Of a stretch of 64,000 bases of DNA, positions 30,236 to 49,979 are shown one piece after another. Source of the stretch: the human T2T-CHM13v2.0 reference genome, Homo sapiens. Positions within the stretch are counted from its first letter, which is position 1, and the number at the start of each line of letters is the position of its first letter. The stretch lies in the NCBI RefSeq assembly GCF_009914755.1, contig NC_060931.1; one strand, written 5' to 3'. Under the pieces are notes generated by a model. That model was not told the origin of the DNA. It did not search any database and saw nothing but the letters and a program-made list of their open reading frames with translations. Both the position numbers and the translations under genes were made by a program.

Positions 30236-32984
30236 GCTCCCAATGGCCAAAGCTAGAATAATTTAGCATATTAAATGATGTAGAATGAATTATAACTTAT
30301 AGTATAAAATATTAATATTTTATAAATATATAATGTAAATGAATGATTGAATAAAGAAATAATTTAAGAAATTACTTTTATTTTTCAGAACTGCTTTGGC
30401 TATTCTCTAACCACTTTCCATATAAATATTGAAATCGGTCTGTAGATATCCACAAAAAACTTGCTGACATTTTGATTAGGAATGTATTGAAACCTTAGAT
30501 CAAATTGTCTTAAAGCCTCAAGGAATAGGATTCTTTCAATTCATGTGTAATTCTAAATGTTTACCCGCATGGTTGAATGGCAATCCTTTGGTGGTAGGAA
30601 GCCAATCCCTAATTTTTTCTGTCTCCCATCCATGTTCTCAAGTCTTATTTTTAATTTAGGTATATTTGTCTCTTCTCCATGGCATCAGGCTTCCTCATAA
30701 GTCTTCCATCAGTGTGTGCCAGTGACTTTATGCTTAAATCTTATATCTTTCTATTGCCACGACAGCAGTGTACAAAAGTATCTAACAGGCTTTACAACTC
30801 CTCAGAAGCCATGTACATTTATCAGATCCTTATTTTAGAATCGTCATCCATTTTAGTTCCTATAGCTTCATTCCGAAGAGTTAACATTATTTTTGAATAC
30901 CATGCCTGATGTCATCTTTTCCGCTCAGGTGCACTTTCAGTGGTTAGCAACTCTGAGCTTATTATAGACTCTGCATCAGAGGAGTCTACCCAAACTTGGA
31001 GTCTCCCTATTAAAAAAAAACTGCCTAAACAGTTACTTTTATACTCACATACTCATTTTTATATGTAAATATTTATATAATTTTCTATTAATAACCCTTG
31101 GACTCCAAACTAAAAGGAAACAGCTGAAACCAAAGGGACACAAGAAAGCATCTACATAGCTCACGTATAGTAAATCTACCTTCTGTACTATCCTCCCTTA
31201 GAAAATTATTTCTAGACTTTTCATTGTTCATTTTCTGTTTAGGTCATAATCTTCTATGCACCATGTCAAATGATCTTATATTAGCTAACAAGTATGCAGA
31301 AGTTACCAACTTTTGAGATCACAACATGGGCCTACATAAACAGTATATGTAGGTGCAACAGTAAGTAATCATAACATAGAATATGTTTCGATTACATGTA
31401 TCTTTCAAGTGTGTATTTGTGCTATTGCAGTGAATATAAACAGAAGTTTATGTAAAAATAATGTTGAATTTGTGGTAGTTTTTGCCAGGAAAATGTTTTT
31501 AATTGTCCTTTCATCATTGACTGTAATGTTTTTGCTATATTTATATTTTTAATTTAAATATTTAAATTATTTAAAATCATAATCATATAGGCATAGTTTA
31601 AAAAATTTAAAGTAATTGTAAGTGATTGATATAGGAAAATGGCAGATTGTTTCTCTTTCCCATTTTACTCATGGTACTACTCTTCAGAGTCAAAAACTTT
31701 TTTTGGTACATATTTAGTAATAATATGCTTATATAAATATTTCATAATTTATGAAATTTATTCTTTCTGTAATTAATAAGTTACTTATTAATTTTTAAAT
31801 GCAGTTCCTTTCCCCCATCCCCAAATAGTTCTACATACATCTCAAACCTAAACCTAACAAAGCTCTGGCTTTGTGTTCTGTAGGCCTGGTATAGAGCTCT
31901 TGTGCAGGGACATCCATTCACAGTTTTCATGTGATAGCTTTCGTTTTACCAACTTTTCTATCGTCTTCTTTTTTGGTTTGCTTCCAAGTTTTGATGGAGC
32001 AGAGCTTCTAGCATCTTTTAATGATGCTACTTTTAGAATCCTCTTTTTATCTTAGGTCTGCTACTGATTATAATACGTCATGGGGTATCTCATTTGGATT
32101 GAATCTGATACCTCATATCTTACACCTAGATATTTACATCTTTCTCTAGGTTTGGAAAGTTTCCTGCTATTATTTCTTAAATACTATTTATACCCCTTTC
32201 GCTTTCTCTGTCTTCTTTTGAATCCTGATGACCCATACTTTTGGTCTTTTGATATTATCCCATAAGCCTTTAAAATTTATTTTCATTCTGTTTTTTACTC
32301 TTACTGTATATTGTTAAATACTTTGAGTTCACACGTATTTCTTCTGTTTGATCAATTCTGCTGTTGATGCTCTGTATTGGGATTTTAAATTTAGTTTATT
32401 GTATATTTCAGCTCCAGGATTTCTTTTTTAATTTCCATTTCTCTGTTAAGTTTCTCACTAATTTCTGTATTATTTTTCTGTATTTTCTTGAGATTCTCTG
32501 AGCTTCGTTAAAATAGGAACTTTAAATTCTTTGTTAGGCTGTTCTTCCATCTCCATCTCTTTAGGGTCAGTCAGTGGCACCTTATTTTGTTCAATGGCAC
32601 CTTATTTTGCCTGCTTAGTGATGTCATGATTCTCTGATTTTTCTTAACCTTGTGGCTGTGTGTCGATGTTTGTACAATGAAATAGGTACTTAATGCAGTC
32701 TTCACAGTCTGCCTTTGTTTGGCAGTGTTCTTCAACAGTAAGCTGGTTGAGAAACTCGGGGCAAGTTTGCTGGTAAAGTCCCTGTGCTTGTGATTGCTTC
32801 ATCTATTGTATCACTACGGGGTGCTCTAAGGCCAGGCTGCCACAGAAGGAATCCCATGGCCACTGACATTGATGTAGCCTTGGCTCTCACTCAAATCATA
32901 TGGCCATTGAGATTTGTAGCACTGAGGCCTAATCAAGACCTGTGGCTTTTATGGCCTACCTATTCTTAGGATTGCCTTGGATAC

Positions 32985-33247
32985 TCAGGATCTTTTTTTT
33001 GGTTCCCTGTGAATTTTAAAGTAGTTTTTTTTCCAGTTCTGTGAAGAATGCCATCGGTAGTTTAGTAGGAATAACACTAAATCTATAAATTGCTTTAGGC
33101 GTTAAGGCCATTTTAATGATATTGATTCTTCATATCCATGAGCATGTAATGTTTTTCCATTTGTTTGTGTAACCTCTGATTTTTCTGAGTTAGTGTTTTG
33201 TTTTCTTTGCAGAGCTCTTTCATTTTCCTGGTTAGCTGTATTCTTAG

Positions 33248-33284
<37 letters not shown>

Positions 33285-35472
33285 AATTGTGAATAGAATT
33301 GCATTCCTGATTTGGCTCTCAGATTGACTGTTGTTGGTATATTACGTCATCTGCAAAGAGCGATAGTTTAATTTCTTCTCTTCCTACTTAGGTGTCTTAC
33401 TTCTTTCTTTTGCCTGATTGCTCTGGCCAGAACTTCCAATGTTATGTTAAATAGGAGTGGTGAGAGAGAGTTTCTTGTTTTGGCTTTCAAGGTGAATGCT
33501 TCCAGCTTTTGCCCATTCAGTAGGATGTTAGCTGTGGGTTTGTCATAGACAGCTCTTATTATTTTGAGGTATGTTCCTTCAATACCTAGTTTATTGAGAG
33601 TTTTTAACATGATGGGGTTCTGAATTTTATCAAAAGCCTTTTCTGCCTCTATTGAGATAATCATGTGGTTTTTATGTTTAGTTCTGTTTATGTGATAAAT
33701 CACATTTATTGATTTGTATTATTGAAACAACTTTGCATCCCAGTGATAAAGCCTACTTGACTGTGGAGGATTAGCGTTTAGATGAGTTGCTGGATTCAGT
33801 TTGCCAATATTTCGTTGAGGATTTTTGCATCTATGTTCATCAAATATATTGGCTTGAAGTTTTCTTTTTTGTTTTGTTTCTGCCAGGTTTTCGTATCAGG
33901 ATAATGCTAGCCTCATAGAATGAGTTAGGGAGGAATTCCTCCTCTTCAATGTTTTGGAATAGTTACATTAGGAATGGCACCAGCTCTTCTTTATACATCT
34001 AGTAGAATTCGGCTGTGAATCTGTCTGGTCCTGGAGATTTTCTGGTTGGTAGGCTTTTTATTACTGATTCAATTTTGGAATTCATTATTAGTCTGTTCAT
34101 AAATTTAATTTCTTCCTGGTACAATCTTGTTAGGCTGTGTGTTTCCAGGAATTTATATGTTTCTTCTAGGTTTTGTAGCTTGTGTGCATAGCAGTATTCA
34201 CAGTAGTCTCTGAGGGTTTTGTATTTCTGTGGGGTCAGTGGCAATATCTCCTTTGTCATTTCTGATTGTATTTGGATCTTCTCTCTTCTTGGATCTTTGG
34301 ATCTTCTCTCTTCTACAGTGGTGGAGGCAGCAGGGTTCTAGGGTGTGGGGACTCCTGCTGGCAACTTTGCACAGAGTTGCACTGGTGGTGGTGGTAGCAC
34401 AATGGCAGGGAGCTGATAGGTTCAGCTCTGTGTGCATTCTCTGTGTGCCACAGGCAAGAGTGGTAGCTCAGGACAGGGGGGAGATTTCACTGTTGTCTGT
34501 GCCTAGTTTCACTTGTGTGGCAGTGCTGGCAAAAGGGCAGGGTGCTGGCAGGGGCAGGACTGGCTGACCGTGTGCCTTCCAAGGCTTGGACTGCAATGGG
34601 GGTCTTGTGGGGAAAAGGGGAGTGGAGTGTACTCCCATTGCAGCAGTGGCAGTGTGGGGTGCATGCACACAGGCTTGCTGGCAGTGCAAGGAAGGCAAAA
34701 CCTGCCTGTGCACACTCATACCAGCAAAGCAATGTGAGGGGTTTCCGTGGGCCCTGAGAAAGCTGCAGTGTGGGGAGGGGCAGGCAGGCTGCTGAGTGGC
34801 CACAGGGGCTGCCTCAGTGGAGTTCTCTGCTAGCCAGGCACAGTCCACCAGCACCGGAGCTATGATGTGGGCCCTGAAGACACCCAAGGCTGCCCTCTAA
34901 GCAGGTGCTACCAGACTGGGGCCCCAGCAGACCCAGGGGTGCTCAGTTCAGAGCAGTCCTATCTGATGGCCAAGATTGCCCTGCAGAATTTAGGTCTGAC
35001 CTTTCCCCTAGGGCTAAATTCTCTTATGGTAGCAAGTCGAACTTGGAGATTTGTGCTTCCCTGGACATGCTCCACTATAGACGCTCCCACACCAAACCTT
35101 CTGGGCTCACCTTCGGCTGGTGTGCTGCCCCTACCACTTCTCTAAGTAGCATTCCCTGTCAACTCAGGTGTCCATGGTGGTCAACATATCTGCTGCTGAG
35201 ATTTCAGAGTCCCATCGTGAGAACAGGTTGCTCCTTTCCAGTTCAACTCACCAGATCCCCTGGAGTTGTGTGGGGCCAGAAGTCAGTCTCAATGCATGGT
35301 TGCCCTGTGCAGGGTTCCCAGCTTCCTTCCCCTTTAGAACACCTTCTGTGTCTTTCCTCTGTCCACTCTCAGTGCTTTCCCTCTGAAGATCTGTAAGTAG
35401 TGTGCCAGTCATCTGGGTACCTCGTGGCAGCTGTTCCACCTGGCTACGGCTAGTTGACCATCTTGCTCTCTG
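32985..35472 (-). mobile_element. Older L1PA element with 5' UTR (34315-35472) fused to mid ORF2 (32985-34314); (TG)n at 33250-33283
   Basis: Minus ORFs [17 protein letters not shown] and KSPGPDRFTAEFY; GC-richer 5' UTR ending catcttgctctc (reverse of GAGAGCAAGATGG). Confidence 0.8.
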
Positions 35473-35477
35473 AAACT

Positions 35478-39520
<4,043 letters not shown>

Positions 39521-39917
39521 AGGTACATTTGAACTCCATAATTCCCCCCCAAAAAAACTTTCCCCAACATTTCCTCTGAGGCATTAGATGGTGGGTTGCA
39601 TGTCTCAATAGTAATCTTTACTCTAGGTAACTGTAGGATTATAGTTGTTCTTATAATGCTCTTGAGCAATACCTGCCACTTTTCATCATGAGTGAGTTCT
39701 GCTATGTTGGGTGAACAAGGTGAGGACCTTGTGTGAGTCCTTCAGGTAGCCCCAGACCTATTTGAATAGACATACACAGTACTTTCTGATTAAGGTTTGT
39801 TCTGCTCCCTCTGGAAGCGGAGTCCCAAGTTCCATACTGGAGATGCAGACTTCTGCTGAGCTGGAGATAGTGTAGGCACAGGTAAATAAAAACATGATAA
39901 AGTTTTCCTAACATTTT

Positions 39918-41561
<1,644 letters not shown>

Positions 41562-41859
41562 TAACATTTTAAAGTTGTCTTCTTCTTGAACCAGTGTTTG
41601 CTTGGTTCCTGAAAAACTTTGAATGTTTTCCAGAGTTCTGGCGAAGTTGGTTCTGACAGTTTCTGCTGTTTTCTTTTGTTTCTCTGGAGGGAAAGGAGCT
41701 TGGAGCTTCCTAGGCTAATATTTTGCTCACATCACGCACTATTCCCTGCCCTGAGGATTTTTGATGTGTGTCTTGGAAACTTTTGTGGAGTTTTCTGCTT
41801 GCTGATAACTTGGGCTTTGTAGAGCTAAGTGGAATTAGGGAAATAAACATAAGAGCACA

Positions 41860-42164
<305 letters not shown>

Positions 42165-42219
42165 CTAACCTGGATTCAATGTGTAGCAAAAAGAAACCTG
42201 GATGTTGGGACACTCTTGA

Positions 42220-42626
42220 TGAGGAAGATTTTAACTTTGCTCATTATACCAAACTTCTAGGAGTTCTAAATCTTGATTAGCCTCAGGAGGGAAGATCTGA
42301 AACTTTCTTTGTTTTCTCCTTCCCTGCATCCCTAGGGTTTTTCTGAACTAACTTTCCTCAATGAATAACATTCCTTAGAGACACGTTGAAGAAGAAAAGA
42401 CAGAGGGAGAGAGAAAGAGAGAAACTGTGGGGCATTCCATGGCACTATGATTTCTGGACCTTTTCCTAAATACATATGTGAAGACAGTTTTCTCGTTCAC
42501 CGAGAGGGAGGAAGTCGTAGCTTCTTCTGGGCCACAGAGCAGTCTCAGCACTAATCAGGCATGATGTAGTCTGGGTTGAGACTTAGAGTCATATGGCTTT
42601 TCACTTCAATTTCTTTGAAGGTAAGT
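42220..42626 (+). promoter_or_regulatory. Putative OR promoter / non-coding first exon with intact splice donor, unit 2
   Basis: TCCCTAGGG at 42329-42337, cttgattag and gcactaatcag homeodomain cores shared with unit 1; consensus AG|GTAAGT at 42621-42626. Confidence 0.45.
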
Positions 42627-44460
42627 GAATTCCAGCAGTTTCCATCTGTGTAGAAAAGAGTGAGAGAGGTTCAGGATGGAAAGTTTTAGACCTGCCAACT
42701 TTCTAGAGCAAGGGCATTCAGACCCTAATGGGTAAGCTATGAGAGAGGCAAAGGAGATTGGCTCATCTCCAAATTCCCCCTGTACAGTAGAGAGCACTTT
42801 CACTTCTTCTCTGATTCATTGCTGGATGCAGTACAACTCCTTGCTATTGTCAAAACCATCCTTGACATCATCTCTACTTTCTTTTCATCTGGTTCTGGGT
42901 AAAGAGAGATTGTGGAAATCACTCTACTGAGCTCTTCCGTCAAGTCTGTACTTGTTACCCAACTGCCATTTTATAAGGGGTCTCAGAGAGAGGACTGAAT
43001 TATGACTGATCACTGTCTCAGTGAAGACAGAAGGGAGAGAAAGCAGTTTCTTTTAGCATTGGCTATAGCCTGATTTGGAGGGGCTTTGTTCACAGATTCA
43101 TTCTTTAATTGATCAATTCATTGATTCACTCAAAAGTAGTACCACCTCATTCTGTATGAGATATAGTGAATAAAAATTACAATCTTTTTGCTTTCGTGGT
43201 GCTTACATTGTAAAATGAGTCAGAAAATAAAAAGTAAACATATAATTTCTCATGATGAGCGCTAAAAAGATAAATATATTCTGATGAGGTGATAGAGAGT
43301 GAAGGGTTGTGTGTGTTCTTTTAGACAGAATGAAGAGAAAATTTGAACTCAGATACTTGACCAAAAACCTGAAAGAAGTGATAAATAAAGCCCAGGAATT
43401 CTAAGTTACTCAGGATGCAGGGTCTGTTTCATGTGAGTGACAGTGGAATCTTCAATTTCTAATATGATTTTGGGAGAGGAATGTGTTCATAGAAGAAATA
43501 TAGGCCCTGAGGTGACTTCCTAAATTTACTGTTAGACCGAGACCAAAGCCATCTGTATTTAGGACATGGGCTGAACCCAGATGTCACACTTGGTGGTTTT
43601 GGTCTCCTGATGGATCCAGGGCTTTGGATTATCCTGAAGCCAGAGGATGTTGAAATGGGACTAAAGTCTCCTATTTGTCAGAGCCAGCATAAGTTCAGTG
43701 TGGGACAGTTAGAGTCTGAGGATAAAAGTTTTTCCTCTGTATTTCGCCTGAATTTTCTTTCTCTAAGAACAGTGGAAAGAGTTGTCAGAGTCTTAGAGAG
43801 AGATGGTCAGGCTCAACTCAGCCCAGGTGCTGGTTGCCTGCCTTCTGTGAGAAGACACATTTACTGAGGACAGGAGCAAGGGAAGCTTTCTTCCCAAGAT
43901 AGGGAGGAAGAAAGGAGTAATCCATGCAGGGAACCAGCTGACTAGTAGATTGAGAGATACTCAGTCCTTGCCCTCGAGAATTTATAGAAACTCCTCAGGA
44001 AACTTCCCTACCCTCACTCTCACCAACGCACAGCAATGATGATGAAGGTAAGGCAGAAGCTTTAAAATAAACATCCTGTAAATGGAACCTACATTCTGAT
44101 GAAACAAAGAAATCAAGTAGCCAGCTCAGGGGTGTTGGCCAGGAAAACTTTTGTATAGAACATGATACTGGAGCAGGAATTTACAGGACAGAAAATACTT
44201 GGCAGACAGAGTAGTTTAGGACCTTCCAGGTGGAAGGGAGTTAGTGGTAGAAATGAATACACTGTGGTCCTGGAGGCTGACTGCTGGCTGTTCAGAGCAG
44301 AGTGGGAGGCAGGTAAACTGAGCATTGAGGGTGCAATGGTGCATGCTGGGCAGGGTATAGGCTCTCATGTCTAAGGTATGGCACTGGGGACTGGGATCAT
44401 CTTCTTGGCCAACTCAATTTTCTTGGCATATTGTGCATAGTTAGAAAAATTGCCCCTAAA

Positions 44461-44780
<320 letters not shown>

Positions 44781-44904
44781 TCGCGCCTGACCATATACAG
44801 GGAATAGTAGAAGACAAATGCCTACCATTCTAGTCATGCTGTGCAGCCTGTGAGCAGGAGGGGGATTTCAGAACAGTTTCTACTTCTGTTGCGATGAGAA
44901 GCCA

Positions 44905-44929
44905 TATTAACTCTTTTTTTTTTCTCTAG
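44905..44929 (+). promoter_or_regulatory. Splice acceptor of OR coding exon
   Basis: Branch-like ttaac, polypyrimidine tract and TAG 30 nt before the ATG; equivalent site at 20630-20650. Confidence 0.65.
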
Positions 44930-44959
44930 ATTTCAGAAGGGAAAAGCACTCAGAAGTAA

Positions 44960-45904
44960 ATGTTGGGGAATTACTCTAGCGCCACTGAATTTTTTCTCTT
45001 AGGCTTCCCTGGCTCCCAAGAAGTATGCCGTATCCTATTTGCGACCTTCTTCCTCTTGTATGCAGTGACAGTGATGGGAAACGTGGTCATCATCATCACT
45101 GTCTGTGTTGATAAATGTCTGCAGTCCCCCATTTATTTTTTCCTGGGCCACCTCTGTGTCCTGGAGATCCTGATCACATCCACCGCTGTCCCTTTTATGC
45201 TCTGGGGGTTGCTGCTTCCAAGCACCCAGATCATGTCTTTGACAGCCTGTGCTGCACAGCTATATTTATACCTTTCTTTGGGTACCTTGGAGTTGGCATT
45301 AATGGGAGTGATGGCTGTGGACCGTTATGTGGCTGTGTGTAACCCTTTGAGGTACAACATCATTATGAACAGCAGCACCTTCATTTGGGTGATAATTGTG
45401 TCATGGGTTTTGGGGTTTCTTTCTGAAATCTGGCCAGTTTATGCCACTTTTCAGCTTACTTTCTGCAAATCAAGTGTGTTAGATCATTTTTATTGTGACC
45501 GAGGACAATTGCTCAAGGTATCCTGTGAGGACACTCTTTTCAGAGAGTTTATTCTTTTTCTAATGGCTGTTTTCATTATCATTGGTTCTTTGATCCCTAC
45601 GATTGTCTCCTACACCTACATCATCTCCACCAACCTCAAGATTCCGTCAGCCTCTGGCTGGAGGAAATCCTTTTCCACCTGTGCCTCCCACTTCACCTAT
45701 GTTGTGATTGGCTATGGCAGCTGCTTGTTTCTCTACGTGAAACCCAAGTAAACGCAGGCAGCCGAGTATAACAGGGTAGTGTCACTGCTGGTTTTAGTGG
45801 TGACCCCTTTTCTGAACCCTTTTATCTTCACCCTGAGGAATGACAAATTCATACAGGCCTTTGGAGATGGCATGAAACACTGCTATAAACTCCTTAAAAA
45901 TTAA
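44960..45904 (+). pseudogene. OR9A1P: Olfactory receptor 9A pseudogene; 263-aa ORF, single premature TAA at 45749-45751, frame continues to 314 codons
   Basis: N-glycosylation NYS, LQSPIYFFL, MAVDRYVAVCNPLRY, KSFSTCASH; after TAA the frame reads TQAAEYNRVVSLLVLVVTPFLNPFIFTLRNDKFIQAFGDGMKHCYKLLKN*. Symbol from recall of the 263-aa putative OR9A1 protein. Confidence 0.93.
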
Positions 45905-46192
45905 GTCTGTCCTGAGTACAGTTCAAATCCTCATCATGGATTTGAGTAATCTGATAGTACTAATTGAAACAAAATGATCATTCTCAAAATCAAACAGCTC
46001 ATGATCTACAATGGATATTTAAGCTATGACATGGCTTCAATTTGTATTAAATTCTTTTAATACATCTTTTAAAAAATAAATAGATGTATACATTTATTAG
46101 CCCTCTGTACTTATAATGCATGTTGCAAAATAAATGTGAGAAGTGTAAACATCTGAAAGATGTTCAATGTTTTGAACCCTTGGTCCTGATAA

Positions 46193-46546
<354 letters not shown>

Positions 46547-47529
46547 AAGTGTGATATATTTTCTTACCTCTGACATATTTGATCCTATGTGCCGAGATTA
46601 TCTTCCTCTACATTGCCACGTGGTTTCAAGGTGTTGTCTTATTGTGTAAACTCACTAGCACTTCCCTGAGTAATCTCAGGGCCAGCACAAGCTTCAAACT
46701 TTCGTCGTTGATTCCTGCTTGCAGTGTCCAATAGCGATAGTGCCTTTCTTTGGGTTTTCCGATTGGCATTTGTGAGAGTGAACTCACTCCCCGACCCTAA
46801 CTGCTTAGCAATCTTAAGGCTGAATGCGTGCTCCTACAGGTGCATCTCAAATTGGTGGGCCTTCTCAGGCATGGATGGAAGATCTTAGAAAGAGGCATTT
46901 TATGTAATGTCACCCACGTTATTAGGCCAGCTTCAGATGAGGGAGGGAAATGGAACTGTGTCTGGGAGGCGATGTGATAAGGGACAGCTGGGCTTTCTGT
47001 GTCTTTGGGCTGAGGGTGGAATGGAGAGAGGGCAGAGGGAGTGGTAGCCTACAGCCCCTTTTCCTGCGTCTCACACATTCTTCAATCCTGACATAGCACT
47101 TTTGTCCTCAGTGCTCCCTTCGCTTTCCCACTTCCTGCTCAGTTTCTTTCTTAATTTCTTTTTGTGTCTCTCCCTCTGTGACTACCAGACTCATTTGTTT
47201 GTTTCTTTTCCCCTTTATTTTCTCACAAAACCCAAGTTTATCAAGCTGCCTTCTAGCTCTACACTGAACTCCATTAACTCCTGTATCTCAGTTCCTGTAT
47301 TGCCCCATCCTCTCCCTAGTTCCTGTCATACCCACTATTTGCAATTAATATTTCTGTATTGCATGACACATTTTTTCTGCATCATTACACAAGTGATTAC
47401 ACAAGTCTGGTGGCAACACAAATGGACATCAAAAGATGACTACTTATATACTTTATGGGACTTTCATTCGGTTGCTATTATATGAGGGTTGGAAACATGA
47501 GGGTTTTCTGTATCAATAAAAAGAAAGTG

Positions 47530-47982
<453 letters not shown>

Positions 47983-48564
47983 TTACCTTGGGGATGTGTT
48001 TTTGGGAATGGCATTTATGGGAATGGTCTGTGAAGGAAAACTGTTTATGGTACAGCTGTGTACATTGCTTTCACTTCTACTTCATAGTAATGTTGTACTA
48101 TCTCAAAAATAAAAGACTTCATTCTGCTTCTAATTGCTAAGGAAAGTTTGCTTGTTTATCCACATAATTGATTGTAACAAAGGAGATATTTTGGCAGAAG
48201 GGTCTCTATTAACTCTGAATATTTTGTAAAGTTTCTCTGGAGCTAAGTAGGATAAATGGAAGAATAATAAGGGAGAAGAGATGGAGCTTCACATTTTTCT
48301 TATCCTGAGGCCTTCACTACTTTTATAAAAATATAGAGATATTCTTTAGAAATTGCAGGTATTACTTTACATTATCTTATGTATGTTGAAAATATCTTTT
48401 TTTAATCTGTTTTTTGACTTTTTAGTTTTTAATGAAATCTTGTCATGTAAAAGTATTAATTTTCCTTTAGTCAAATTAATAATTTCTTTTGTGATTTATA
48501 TGTGCATATATTGTTAACAAATTTTTACTCAAAAGATTCAAAAATTGTCTTTTAAAATATCTAG

Positions 48565-48862
48565 GGTTGAGCGTGGCGGCTCACACCTGTAATCCCAGCA
48601 CTTTTGGAGGCTGAGGCAGGCAGATCACTTGAGGTCAGGAGTTTGAGACCAGCGTGGCCAACATGGTGAAACCTTGTCTCTACTAAAAATTTTACAAAAT
48701 TAGCCAGGCGTGGTGGCATGTGCCTGTAATCCCAGCTACTCAGGAGGCTGAGGCATGAGAATCACTTGATCCTGGGAGGTGGAGGTTGCAGTGAGCCAAG
48801 ATCATGCCACTTCACTCCAGCCTGAGTGACAGAGTTAGACTCTGTCTTAACAAAAAAAAAAA
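48565..48862 (+). mobile_element. AluSx/Sz-like
   Basis: gatcacttgaggtcaggagtttgagacc; A tail; flanks aaaWatcta. Confidence 0.92.
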
Positions 48863-49979
48863 TCTATGTGGTTTGACAATGTAGATGCAGGAGGACAATG
48901 TTTTTAAAAAGAGAAGAATGGGGATAGTATATGCAAATATTTTAAAAATGCTTTCATTAATTATATTGGGGGATATAGTATTAGTATTTTATAATTGTTG
49001 CATGTATAATGTCAGATAAAGCAAATGAATACTTACTGAATATTCTAATTTTAAATGTAATATAGAGGAGCTTAGGGAAAGTCGTTAGATTCTTCTGTTT
49101 AAATTATATATATGGTGGATTCATGGTTAATCTATCTACCACCCATTTACCTATTTACCTGCTGGCTTCGTCCACTCAAAATTCTAATAACATTGACCAT
49201 TCCAACAAATATAATCATTCCTAGGTTCAGATTGTGGTATTACAGTAATTTTTCTTGATGTGAGAATCTAGGGCTTCTTGGAGAAATGACTGATTCCAGG
49301 TTTAGTACAGGAAACGTGTAAGAGGAACTTGAAACAGATGAATATGTTTAATTGCACCATGTGGATGAAATGAGCAAAACCCACATCATGGAAAAATCGA
49401 CTGTCAAAATACCTGAGTTCTTCAACAAGTAGATTGGAAGAAAGTGAATGGGCTATACAGAGAATCTATAGATTAAAATAGACTTAAAACATATAGAATT
49501 ACAAAATGTACAATACTAAGCTATAATGTGTAACAATTCAAGCTAGCATGATTAAACTAGTCAGGAAAGCAAGGCAGTAATTTCTTAAAGGTTGAGAATT
49601 GTAGTTTTTGCTGATGATGTGAGCATTGCAATTGTAATGGAACACACAAATGGATTTATGTGACTGCTATCAAAATTCTGTTTCTTGATCTTGGTAGTGA
49701 TTGCAATTATTATGAAGTGGTTCACCTTGTAATAGTTACACATATTTTTATGTGGTGTTTCTGTCTCAACATTTTATATTAAAATCAAATAATTAAAATT
49801 ATTTTGAGGCAGGTGAGAGGTTGCTGACAGCCTGCACTCTCTAGAAATCAGAGCCTTAGGCAAGTATTAAGTGCTAAAGATTTATTTGAGGAAGGATGCA
49901 ATCCTAGTATAGCAAAAGTAAATGAAGTGAGGCAGGAAGCATGGTAAACAAGGCAATGTGATCAATTACCATGCTGACC

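Noticed and set aside
34229-35396. Dense cluster of ORFs on both strands (also 10786-13525 and 38419-38978)
   Set aside because: GC-richer L1 5' UTR and THE1 internal sequence yields chance ORFs with no recognisable domain.
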